A DNA stretch of 62,860 nucleotides, counting the filler, from Choristocarpus tenellus KU-1152 (Eukaryota; Protista; Phaeophyceae), in NCBI GenBank assembly GCA_964200185.2. It is 11 parts of 11 records of this genome, joined end to end, with 100 filler letters (N's around TTAATTAATTAA, not from the genome) between each part and the next. Parts side by side here need not be neighbours in the genome. Positions count along the whole stretch, not along the records: positions 24,987 to 29,337 come from CAXNAD020014972.1; positions 29,438 to 40,304 come from CAXNAD020002660.1; 9 more parts are not named here. One strand, given 5' to 3'. Shown here piece by piece: positions 26,232-37,068 of the stretch; the first letter of the stretch is position 1; each line of letters starts with the position of its first letter. Position numbers and translations under genes: made by a program. The notes beneath the pieces were generated by a model. That model searched no databases and was not told the origin of the DNA. It was given only the letters and a program-made list of their open reading frames with translations.

Positions 26232-27823
26232 TCACAACTGATTCCTCAAGTCTATCCCCCCACTACTGCTTCCTGCCCCCAAAGCCCCCAAGTCAACCCC
26301 CCCTTCGCCACTATCTGGCTCCAAATCCCCTGATCCCTCCTTCACCACTGTCTCAACACTTCCCAATATCATCCCAGCATCACCGATATTCTCGTCCAGT
26401 CTCACTGCCACGAGTTGCTCATACCGTTTCCTACAGAACTCTGCCTGAACAGTATCATGACTCTTCTCAAAGGTTCTCCAAGCTTGCTTAGCAGTCTTGA
26501 GCATTCCGTCAAATTTGTGCCTATCTTCCCTAGCAGTAGCCCTTTTCTTCCATTATGTCTACGTGTCTCTTCATGTCCCTAGCCCCATCATACAACGTGG
26601 ATGCGAGGGCACTAATAATGTGGTTGTCCATCCTACTTTTTTTCCTTGACTCTGCTTCCAACTTCAAGTCCTCCTCAGCAGCCCTCCGTAACTGCTGTCG
26701 GCTCCTCGATCCTGGGTTTGCTGCTAGCCTGAACCTCCTCATTGCCTCCACACCCTCCATTGAAGAGGATTCTACCGACCCCCATCCTTGCTTTTTAGTC
26801 ACATGAGGATGTAGACCCTTCTTGTGGTGGTCCCTCACTAATACTCATGTCAAAGTCTTGGAGCACATCATTGAACGGGGGTCCATACCCTGCAAACAGG
26901 AGATGATATGGAGGGACCCAACCATCTGGCAGTTTTTTTGAGGGGGGGGAATAGGGGAACCTGGGTCAAAGGTCTCCCCCCTGATCCAGTAGAGGGTAGT
27001 TCCTGACTGGGCCTTTCTGGGGTGGCGCTGGCAGAACTGGAAGTGGGACCTCCTGAATGAGACCCCACCACTTTAGCCTCAGTCGCCGCTAGAGATTCGC
27101 CTTCATCCTCCCCCCCTCCAACAAGGTCATTGGTACTCCCAGTAATCCTCGATTTCTCCTTTTCCTCCCACAACCGGGCGCACAGCTTCTGTAGGTAGTC
27201 CGTCTCCTCCTCCCCAGACTGCAACTTTCCTCCGGGAACTAGATTAGGAAGCAAGAAAAGTGTTGGATGTGCGTATGTTAAGATACTCCCCATTGAGCGT
27301 TGTAATTATGGATTTCAGGAATGTAACCTAAGAAAATGCAATGAAATACAGCTGGAGCTCAAGCAACATCAAATGTCATACTCAAGTCAGTCAGAGGCGG
27401 ATGTACACGTGGGTGACAATCTTCTGTGCCTTAGTCCACCTGGACCATATCGAAGTGTTCACAGTTAGGAATGTCTTTGGAATGGTCTTCTTCCCTGTTC
27501 CCAAGGTTGTCTGCACCAACACTTCCTTCGTAAGAGTCGGGGGGTTTACGTCTGGGGCTTCCTCTCCTAACCACTTCAAGAATCCAGGGACCGCCACTTC
27601 CATATATGCTTGTGTTGCCAAGGCATGCCTCACATTCCGTGAAACTGTGCTTCCGCATTTCCTTCACGGACCTCACCACATAGGCGATGGGAACCGCTTG
27701 GTATGACTTCAAATGAGCAGTTGTCATCTTTGAACCGCACTTGTTCTTCAGTCTCCTCAGTACCCATGACACCGCAGCATTCAGCTCGAAGCCTATGCCC
27801 GTGACCGCATCTTCATAAGCCAT
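26232..27823 (-). pseudogene. Frameshifted protein-coding relic, probably transposon-associated, product unknown
   Basis: Chain of same-strand ORFs with protein-like composition (IWSRWTKAQKIVTHVY...GKLQSGEEETDYLQKLCARLWEE) broken by frameshifts; a possible ...CGCCC|TTA element end lies at 28243. Confidence 0.4.
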
Positions 27824-28299
27824 GATTCAGTGTTCCAAGAATCTTGTATCGGTATTGGCTTTCTGGGGTTAGATGTTACGGTGGAGTGGTGTGATGGTGA
27901 TATTGGGAGATCTTATACAATACAAGGCGTCGGTATAATCAAAATGAAATCTATCGTATCACTCTCTTCAACCACATTTTTCCAGTTCTCATTTTCCTGT
28001 TCAGATTTTCAGCAAAAAGGAAAACCAAACGGCAAAACAAAACGTGCGCATAAGAGATGGCCTTACTATTTCGTTTCTCAAAGGATTACACGACAAAATT
28101 GCTACAGTGGTACCAGTAGCTTCGCCCTCTGGGGTTGTCCTGTCATACCTTTTGATGTAGACATGGGATTAAAAAAATAAAAGCATATTTGTGATGCCCG
28201 TCACAAGGCCCTCCAGAGTACGGGCTTCGCATTTTTTTCGCCCTTATATCTTATTGATGAAAGAGCGCTCCTATTGGGGTTCGAGCCTGGGATTGTAGG

Positions 28300-29337
28300 G
28301 CATCAAGTGTGGCAACAGATGCACAAAATTACTTGATTAAAGCATAGGGTTAGGAGAGGGGAAAGCCTCCCCACCCTTTCTTCCTGTATATTTGCGCACT
28401 CACTCTTTGACCTCTGCAAGGGTGTGCTTGTTGGTGCCCAGAACGAAACACCTCTCGTAGCGCCCTTGCTCCGACACCTTGATGTGGCCCATAGTTAGGA
28501 AGTCTCTCTCCCATATACTCACAGTCTCCAACCTGACCATCGCATATCCTGCTACCATCTTGAGCGCCGTTGACAGTCTTTCCTGTCGTTCATACACAGG
28601 TACAGAATTCGCAGTGTTAGAGCCTTTACTATCACATTTCCCTGTTGAATGCCGGAAATGGTCGTCGTCAGTGTTTCCTGGGCGGATGATATTATATCAA
28701 GGCGTAAGGGCGAGGGAGGACAGACTTGAGTTGATCGAAAATTGTGTTGATTTCTCCAATGAATGCCGGTGGGGAGAAAGCCTTAATCAACATTATACAT
28801 CCAACCCTAATTCCATGAACAAAAGTGAATGTAGAGCATCTTGCAAGAAGTGGAAGACACCAAATCATCGGTGTGCAAATAGTCTCAATCTCGCCTCCTC
28901 TTCTTTCCTGGCATCCTTGTCGATGGCAACCTCCACCTCCTTCGCGACCTCTTCTGAGTAAAGGATTCGGTGGTATCGAAACGTCTCCACAGCTGCCTTT
29001 ATTACGATCGCGTTCTCCTCCACCTTGCGAGCCCTTTCGACCTTCTTTCGGGCTTCAGGGCCCTTGTAGCCCAACACCAACTCTTTCTTTCTCGTTTCCT
29101 TAAGCCACTCCAGCTCGCACAACTTCCAAACAGCCATGGCCTGCTGCAACTGTTGACTACTAAGATATTCTACACCCGGGTTTTCGCTTAGGCGTTTCCT
29201 GAGTGCAATGACACGCAGTCGCACTGCTCTCTTCCCCAACCTTTCCTTCGGGCGGCCACCCCGGTTCTCCCTTCGCCTGCAGTGACCAGGCTTCCCCACA
29301 GACTTCGTCACTATATCACCTGGTGATGGACTTGCCG
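28300..29337 (-). pseudogene. Degenerate long reading frame, unidentified (basic GGRPK N-terminus)
   Basis: ORFs 28865-29311 and 28400-28597 are in one frame separated by isolated stops. Confidence 0.35.
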
Positions 29338-29914
29338 NNNNNNNNNNNNNNNNNNNNNNNNNNNNNNNNNNNNNNNNNNNNTTAATTAATTAANNNNNNN
29401 NNNNNNNNNNNNNNNNNNNNNNNNNNNNNNNNNNNNNGTCTAGATCCCCCCCCCCCTCCCAGATACTTTGGGTCTGGGTGAACCACACCGCCACAACATC
29501 ACACAGTTCACACCAACCAGTCCATATGATATGTATCTTATTTGTTATGCTTCCCTACCTTCTCACCCATCTTCGTAGAGCTAAGCTCAGGGAGAAACAT
29601 AGCAGCAGGCAGTGTATACATTGCTTTATGTTACCAACCTCTATGGGAGCATTATTGTATTGGCAGTTTTCAAATCGAGGTATCATTTGCATTGAGGGCA
29701 ATTACTACTGTTACTTATACAACAGCCCTTGTGATGTGGTTCTTGATTTTCCCCAACACATCTACAAAACTAAGAAGGCATAATAATACTATTTTTTGGG
29801 TTATAAACGGTACTACGATTGTAGCCATTTTTACAGAAGTGAAACTCCTTTTTTTGTCCTCAATCAACAGTAGTAGTTGGTGCTTTATGGATTTTTACTT
29901 AGTACGCTTAGTTA

Positions 29915-30395
29915 CAAGAGGTAACCTCAACACCTTCATGATGGAAAGTTTGAACGCCTCGATAAGCAAGCGGAATTTTTTCTAGATGAGCTAGCTGCGC
30001 ACATGGTAGGTAGGAGAGGAACAGGAGGCTACAGCAGAAAAGGGGTGGTCAAATCCCGTCTACGCCAGATAGTCTCAGTCACAACGCAAGCGGCCCAATC
30101 TACACGTGCTTGTGTTTTTAGCTGGAGATACCAGGGAGATGGGCAAGGAGGGGCTTGTTAGATTCCTGGGATGCTTCCCTAGCTCCTCACCCTGGGGTGC
30201 AGGACTAAGCTAGGTTGGGGGCACAGGAAGGCAGTTGAGCAGCATATAGCTGGTAGTACAATAGGAAAAGGGTCAAAGCCTTTCACATTTTACGACAATT
30301 GTTACCTTTGGGGGGATTTTTATGAGATGTGAATAGTTTTCATTGGTTTTCCCCTGACACATCTGCAAAATGTCAGAGGGCACAATAATATATAT
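29915..30395 (+). mobile_element. RLE-LINE 3' portion with hairpin and tail
   Basis: Encodes TFMMESL...FLDELAAHMVGRRGTGGYSRKGVVKSRLRQIVSVTTQ; 3' UTR ends CCCCTGACACATCTGCAAAATGTCAGAGGGCACAATAATA. Confidence 0.85.
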
Positions 30396-30520
30396 ACCAC
30401 AGTAAGATATCTCCTCCTTGGAAACTGGAAAGTGTCCCACCCAAGCTGTTTTTATAATATATCCTTGAAAAGGAATATTGTGGACAAAGAAGATTGAACG
30501 CAAACCTAACATAGAATAAA

Positions 30521-31030
30521 GAGCCAAAGTAAACGAGAGGTACCCAGGTTTAGCCTGTTTTGAACTTTATCCTGTTTTCAATATTTTCAATTCACACATA
30601 ATATCTCTATGGATGAAGTTCTAAGCTTGACCTGAGAGCGTTTATTTCTCTGTTTTGATCGAAGTAATCGAGGGGAACCTTAGATTAGCCTTCAAGGATG
30701 CTGACAAATATTTGCAAAATTCGGATTTATTTACAAATTATGTACGGGATATTTTCTCAGTTAGTTGTGTCCGAAAATTTTCAAACAAATAAATAGAGAA
30801 ATAAACGCTCTCAATTCAAACTTGCCCATCAAAATATGTGTGATTTGCAAAATGTTGAAAAAATATGCAAAACGCCCAAAACCTGTGTACCTCTCGTTTG
30901 GTTTGCCTCTGTTCGAAACCTCTCCGATACAATCCAGAAAATATCACATTTTTAAAAAGCCGAATTTTGTGGACATGTTTGTCAACATCGTCAAAATGCA
31001 ACTTTGCGTACCTTTCTTTTACTTTGACTC
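30521..31030 (+). mobile_element. MITE family D (TSD AAA) containing an inverted family D copy at ~30655-30909
   Basis: Outer TIRs GAGCCAAAGTAAACGAGAGG / TACCTTTCTTTTACTTTGACTC; the inner segment is the family D body in reverse complement, ending CCTCTCGTTTGGTTTGCCTC, with TGTT on both sides. Confidence 0.82.
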
Positions 31031-31054
31031 AAAATGTTAGTTACTACATTTGCA

Positions 31055-31530
31055 TTTATATTTATTATTATGCCGTCGGACATTTTGCAAATGTGTCAAG
31101 GGGGAAACCAATGAAAATTATACACATTGTAAATATAAGCCCAAAAGAAATAAAATATCATAAATGTGAAAGACCCTAATCTATTTGTTACTTCACCACT
31201 ATGTTGTACTACTGCCTTCCTATGTCTCCAACCTATCCCTGTACTCGGGGTGGAGCTAGGGAGGCATCCCAAGAATCCAATAGACCCCTCCGTGCCCATT
31301 TCCCTGGTGATTCCAGCTTAAAGCGCATGACACGTCGAGACAGTGCCAATTGCGTAGTTACCGAGACAATTTGGTGTAGTAGCTGGAATTTAACTACTCC
31401 TTTCCTGTTATATCCTCCCGCTCCTCTCCCCCCTACCATGTGAGTAGCCAACTCATCCAGGAAGCATTCCACTTGCTTGCCGAGGAGCCCAAACTTTCCA
31501 CTGCGAAGGTGTTGAGGTTATAACTTCGAC
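31055..31530 (-). mobile_element. RLE-LINE 3' portion, inverted relative to 29915-30395
   Basis: ORF 31233-31472 ECFLDELATHMVGGRGAGGYNRKGVVK...QIVSVTTQLALSRRVMRFKLE plus the same 3' UTR and tail. Confidence 0.87.
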
Positions 31531-31782
31531 GACCAAAAGAGCCCTCATAGTGGGTGTGCTTTCGCGGCTTGGCAGCAGCCGCAGCTACACCATTGTTCGT
31601 GAAATGAGTGGGAGGTTGCCTTTACTTCCAAAACTACTGTAAGATGTTTCCTGGCAAGAAACTGTCCCACTCAAACATGTTTTATAGAAAATACTTGAAT
31701 AAGGTAGGATGTGAATACTAAACAATTCACGTAAACCTAACAAATTATTAAATATCAATTTCTACACTTAGTTACAACGTAC

Positions 31783-32205
31783 GATGCAGGACTAACCTAG
31801 GTTGGAGAGACAGAAGGGCAGTGGTGCAGCATACCTGGTAGTAAATAGCATATAGATAGAAATATGACTTTCACATTTACGACAACTATTATTTATTTAG
31901 GGGTTGCTCTGACATTTGAATGGTTTTCATTTGTTTTTCCCCTCCCACACCTCCTTGAAAGCTAAAAACTGTCCCACCCAAACATTTTTTTTTAAGGTAG
32001 AATACGATACTAAAATATTTAAGTGCATGAACAAGGAGCAATAATATTGAACTTAATACAAGTCAGAACTACAGTAACATGTGAACAATCGCTAAAATAT
32101 ACCACCAAAAGTGACGATATGAACACACTGGCTAAAATAAAACTCTCTCACACAACGAATCAGAGTGACACACCTACAAAATGTCAGAGGGAATTATAAT
32201 AATAA
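31783..32205 (+). mobile_element. RLE-LINE 3' UTR fragments (31783-31945 and terminal hairpin 32165-32205)
   Basis: Homology to 30195-30395, separated by other repeat sequence. Confidence 0.7.
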
Positions 32206-35200
32206 ATCAGAGTGGGGTAGTGGTCACCAAACGGGGTTCCTTGTCAAGAATACGCCCTGTTGAACATGTCAATGTCACCATTCCGTCAAGCACGACCCTC
32301 ACACAAATCACAACGGAGAAGTCTTCCATTCGGTAGTTGATTCAATGTGATAGGCGGAAATGACTTGCTACTACGTATTTGACATCTGTGTCTCCATTAC
32401 GATTCCATCATTGTGTTAGACGTATTTTTTGTGAGTACAAGATCAGGTGGTGGTGGTAAGTCAAATATCTTTTTCAGGCATTTGCTGTTTTGAAATAAGA
32501 AGAGCAGAATCACCGAACAGAGAATTATGTGTAGTGTATAGATATGCGGTGTCGAAATCTGGTCCACCTCATAGGACCAGACCTGATCGAAGAGACATCT
32601 CCATCTCGTGTTACAAAACCCACACCCATGCAGTGGTTGATGATGTGCTTGCTTGGTTCTGATTTGCACCGAAGGGGCACTCTGACAATGGAGATGAAGC
32701 TTGCTAACCGTAACATGAGCTGGTAGGTTGGTTATAGATAAGGGGGCAACGAGGAACTACCAGGAAATAAATCAATAAATGATTGAACAACTCCCTCTCT
32801 CTCTATCAGTGATAAATCTCTTCCGAGGGAGTGACAATTCATGCCTAGAATTTTTTAGAAGATAGGTAGTGGATGTACCTGCTGTTAGAAGGAAAACCGC
32901 TCAATGATTGGAACTGCGTTCAGAACAAATGGGCACAAAGCTGAAGAAGCTGCAATTAACCAGTATCAATATACTACTGATCGTACATGTAAGGCAAAGA
33001 GCACTGGAGCCACGCAAAATCCAGGTTCTTGCTCATTTTTATCTTGTTTCATTTCCACTTCATTGCTACGAGATTTTGAACCCAAGGACCGACACACAGG
33101 GAGGGATATAAATTTGTTTTGGGGGTGCATCAGAGTTATGGACTTCGAAAGTACATGCACAGAAAAGGGCAACATCGATTTTGCTCTGCTCTGCCCATAA
33201 AAACAGTAGTGTTAGGGCAACTTAAAATGACCTCTGTATTTTCTTTGTGACAATATGGATCGCGAAAATAGTAGTAGTAGTACGATTGAGGTATAGGGGA
33301 TGTGGGAATAAAAAAAAATGAAATAAATGGAGAGGCTATACAGAACAAGAGGCAAAAAATCTTCACATTCACGTCATTTGCGATAAAAACAAGAATAAAA
33401 TGGAGAAATTATTTTCTTGGGAACATTAGATTACTTTGCTTGGTTACTTCCTGTCAAGTTGGCAAAAAATAATCAGGGCAGCAAAAGTAGTTATTTGAAC
33501 CTCCAGCTAATCTACAATAACCCTCCAAATGAAAAAGTTCATTCGATGTGAGCTCCATTGCACGGGAACATCAAAAGGTGAGGAGAAGGTGTTCTTTTCT
33601 TGATTGTGTTTTTTGAGTACCCACTTCAATGTTTGGGCGTTTCAGACGGCAAGGTTGTCCACCATGCTTCCAGTTTCTCTAGGCAACCATGAAAGTAAAA
33701 AAACTTGTTTTCAGCCCAATCATCCAAACAAAAATATTCCGCATTGATGTTAATGGTATTGAGTCAATCAGATGAGTCTACCCTGCAGTCAGCTCCTCAA
33801 TGTTTTCTCTATTTTCGTTGTTCCATCTGTCATCACTTCAGATCCTAGTCTTAGCCGGACCCAGGAGATTTGATTTATACGTCAGAGTGAACAAACAGAA
33901 CCTTTTACCACCAATTGCAGGAGGGCATGTGAAAGGAATGCAACTGCAAACAGACTGGTCGAGTAGAGGTATGGAAATATTGAGTGCAGAAACAGAACCA
34001 CTTCAATCAACTCTGCCAATAAGCACACACAGTGCAGAAGAAGCAGAAGCAGAAGGGTGCAGTCAGATGATAATCCCTGATATTATATGCTGACTCTACT
34101 TTCAATAAAGAAACTAGCCACAAGTTGAGTGACTCACTGTGCACATGAAAAATACAAGGCAACGTGCAATCACAGGCTCAAGCACCAAAAGGTGGGGGTT
34201 CTTTACACATTGAAGATCACTCTCACCTAGGTGAAAAGAAACATCTGCAGGCCCCCTGCCATATGTGTTTGATGAGAGGGCCTACAATACAAGCACAAAC
34301 ATCGTAACATAGAACAAACAAAACAAGTGGGAAAAAATCTACTTAACTCTTCATTCCACCCCCTGATCTCCATATCGGAGAACAGAAACACAATAAAAGA
34401 ACAACTATTGTGTTCTGAACGCTAACACTAACCCTAGTACCCTTCCCCACCATAAACACCCATTAAGACTCATAAGCAACCACTTCACGAAAACAAACAA
34501 AACAAACCATATATAGTGAAACACTACGTACAAGTTGACTTGGAGAAGTGCATGAAGAGCAATTGAGACATACAGAATTTGAAAGGAACACATTGTCAGC
34601 CATGGTCTTACTCCGGCATCTCAGTATAGGGAAGATTAAGGTTTCAAGTCTCTGCTGGCAACACAAAGGAGGACAACTCTATGACCACCAGCAGAAATGA
34701 CACCACAAACACACACACCTGTTTCTAAGAAGACAAAAATACAGCAGATGAATCTTTGGAGACTTTCTGCTGTCAACACGACACTTATGATGAGCCCACA
34801 TGTCTTTACTTTTTTGTCAAGACGCACCAAAGAGTTGCATAGCTTGACAATGTGGAACACTTGTAGCACAAGAAAGGAGGCTAAAAATATGTAGGAAATG
34901 GGGGATAGGAATTGAAGCAGCAACATGTATCCCCCTCCCAATACACCTCTCTTCCACCATCCCCCTATGGGGGTCAAAGTTTCACCAATAGTAACAGTGT
35001 TTTTGCACCAACAGTTTGCAACACTTCATGGGGATTTTTCCTCCCCTCACCTCCCCCTTCTCCTGCCCATGACCCAACTCTTGGATGTGAGGGATGGGAG
35101 CACCAATATGCAAGGGGGCGATTTTTCCGTGACACTATCCTGTTTGAGGCACATGGGACAAGATCGGTCAAAATAGCTTAAGTAGCTGCAGTTGCCATGC

Positions 35201-35826
35201 CACACACACGCCTGAAGAGTGGTTGGAACATAGTAGCGAGTGAGGCAGAGTGGCGAGAGGAGTAGGGGGTGGGTAGGGGATGCGAGGAGTGCAATAGGAG
35301 TTAAGTTCCTCTCTTCTGGTGTACTGAATGGAAAGAAACTATAGGTCATGACCAAATCAACATTTCTGGTCACATGCAGGACAAAAGCATGAACACATCA
35401 TCATTGTACAGATGAACACTACAAAGCCCACGCTCTACATGAAGACAAACGTAACTTACTGAGACAGGGAACAATTTAAATCACAGCCTAGTTCCCCTTG
35501 ATGGAATTGGGAAGGGTGGGGCTTAGCTTCTGCAACCTTCCTACCGAGTATATCCTTCGTTCCAGCCTGAAGCTACATATCTCATCCCAAATACGATACA
35601 CCAAAACAAAAGAAAATGTCAAAATTATATTGAATGATCATGGAAGGCGTGAAGGAGGGTGTTCATGCCATACTCAAACTTATTAGGTGTTGGGCAACAG
35701 CATAGAGTGGGGGGGGAAAGGTCAATGGAATTATAAAACACAAAAAAATAGAACTCCATAGCTTTGGAAGTACATGAGGAGCGAGATCATGGTTTAGGTC
35801 GATCGACACAGCTAGGGAGAAAGTAC

Positions 35827-37068
35827 GTGATGATATCGACGCATTGTCAGCCATACTATAGCCATATTTATCCTGGGGGGAAAGGAATACATAGTGTGTG
35901 AAAGGATAAGTTATGAGTGAACAGGTGGACAATTACAATTTCATTGTATATCTTTCCTAGCAGAATAAGTTGCTAGGTAAAGTAGGAACAAGTGAACAAC
36001 AATGTATATAGATGCGATTCTTTGGTCGTCTGTTTGGTTCTTTGTTTTCCAGGCCCTAACTATTCGCCGTCTATCTGCATCATACCATTACATCAAAAAC
36101 AAACACCTTACCAATAACTTGACGTGGGCAACACATAACCTGCGTGCAATGGTTAACATGTTCACTTGAAATCTTGATAAACCCAACAACAAAATACATT
36201 GTGGGCACACAATAGACTCACCCAAATTCTTCCTTTTCGGGTCCCTTGTAGACCTATCGAAGGAGTGCGTTCGTAAGCACACCAACAAAGGTCCACGACG
36301 TGGCCACCATGATACCAAGATTCGAAGGTCCAGAACAACATCCTCTCCCAACTTCCAACGGATAGGGATCAACTACACCAGGGTATTGGGACGACGACGA
36401 CCCGTCATTCCCTTGGGAGGATGCCCCTCCATCATCATCGCTACCACTACTACTTGAGTCATCGTCACCGTTGTCATTATTGTTATCATCGTTACTACTA
36501 CTATTGTTATCATCATTCCCGGCCTGGTCATCGTCCTTCCAGCCATCATGCAGGACTCTCTTGTCATTATCAACTGGTCCACCCAAGGGGGCGCGAATGG
36601 GCGTTAAGACCTCAGCTGATGTGGATGACGCGCCTGTGAAGTATGATGGCCGTCCAATGATAGTGTAAGGTTTCAGATGCGTGCAGTGATGACAGGGAAT
36701 GAGAGAGACTGCTTAGGGAGAAAAGTGATACTCAGCGTTTTAGACTCGATATCATCATGCCAACACTAGGACAGAAAAACAAGTTCAAAACAAGAAGTGT
36801 TGGGGTTCCTAAGGCCGTCAGTCATGTACATGAACAGCTAATACCTCAGGCAGAAGTTTGAGCAACTCACTTTACAAGCAGGAAACGTAATCAGACAGGT
36901 ATAAGCACGGTAATTGAATTATACCCTGAATCTTAACTACACCCGAAGCAAGAATGACATAATCTGAACAGGAGCCTCACCTGCAACAGCAAGCCGAGTG
37001 TTGCAAAGCCCAAGGAGAAATACCACCACCAATGGACTGATAGACATGAAGAAACTTGCAGCATGCAT
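35827..37068 (-). pseudogene. Putative spliced gene for a signal-peptide, Asp/Ser-rich membrane protein (exons 37068-36981, 36708-36222, 35872-35827) with in-frame TAG at 36254-36256
   Basis: GT-AG junctions join in phase: MHAASFFMSISPLVVVFLLGLCNTRLAVA-V...DDNNSSS...LGIMVATSWTFVGVLTNALLR*VYKGPEKEEF-G-INMAIVWLTMRRYHH. Family not recognised. Confidence 0.4.

Noticed and set aside
28262-28320. tRNA-like GGTTCGAGCC motif
   Set aside because: Only a B-box-like word; no cloverleaf can be folded.
14120-32400. Other dispersed repeats (14150-14295 with 22090-22230; 18640-18840 with 32205-32390; 30410-30500 with 31655 and 31950; 21560-21630 with 24145-24205)
   Set aside because: Pairwise similarity is visible but no termini, TSDs or coding motifs could be defined, so they are left unclassified.
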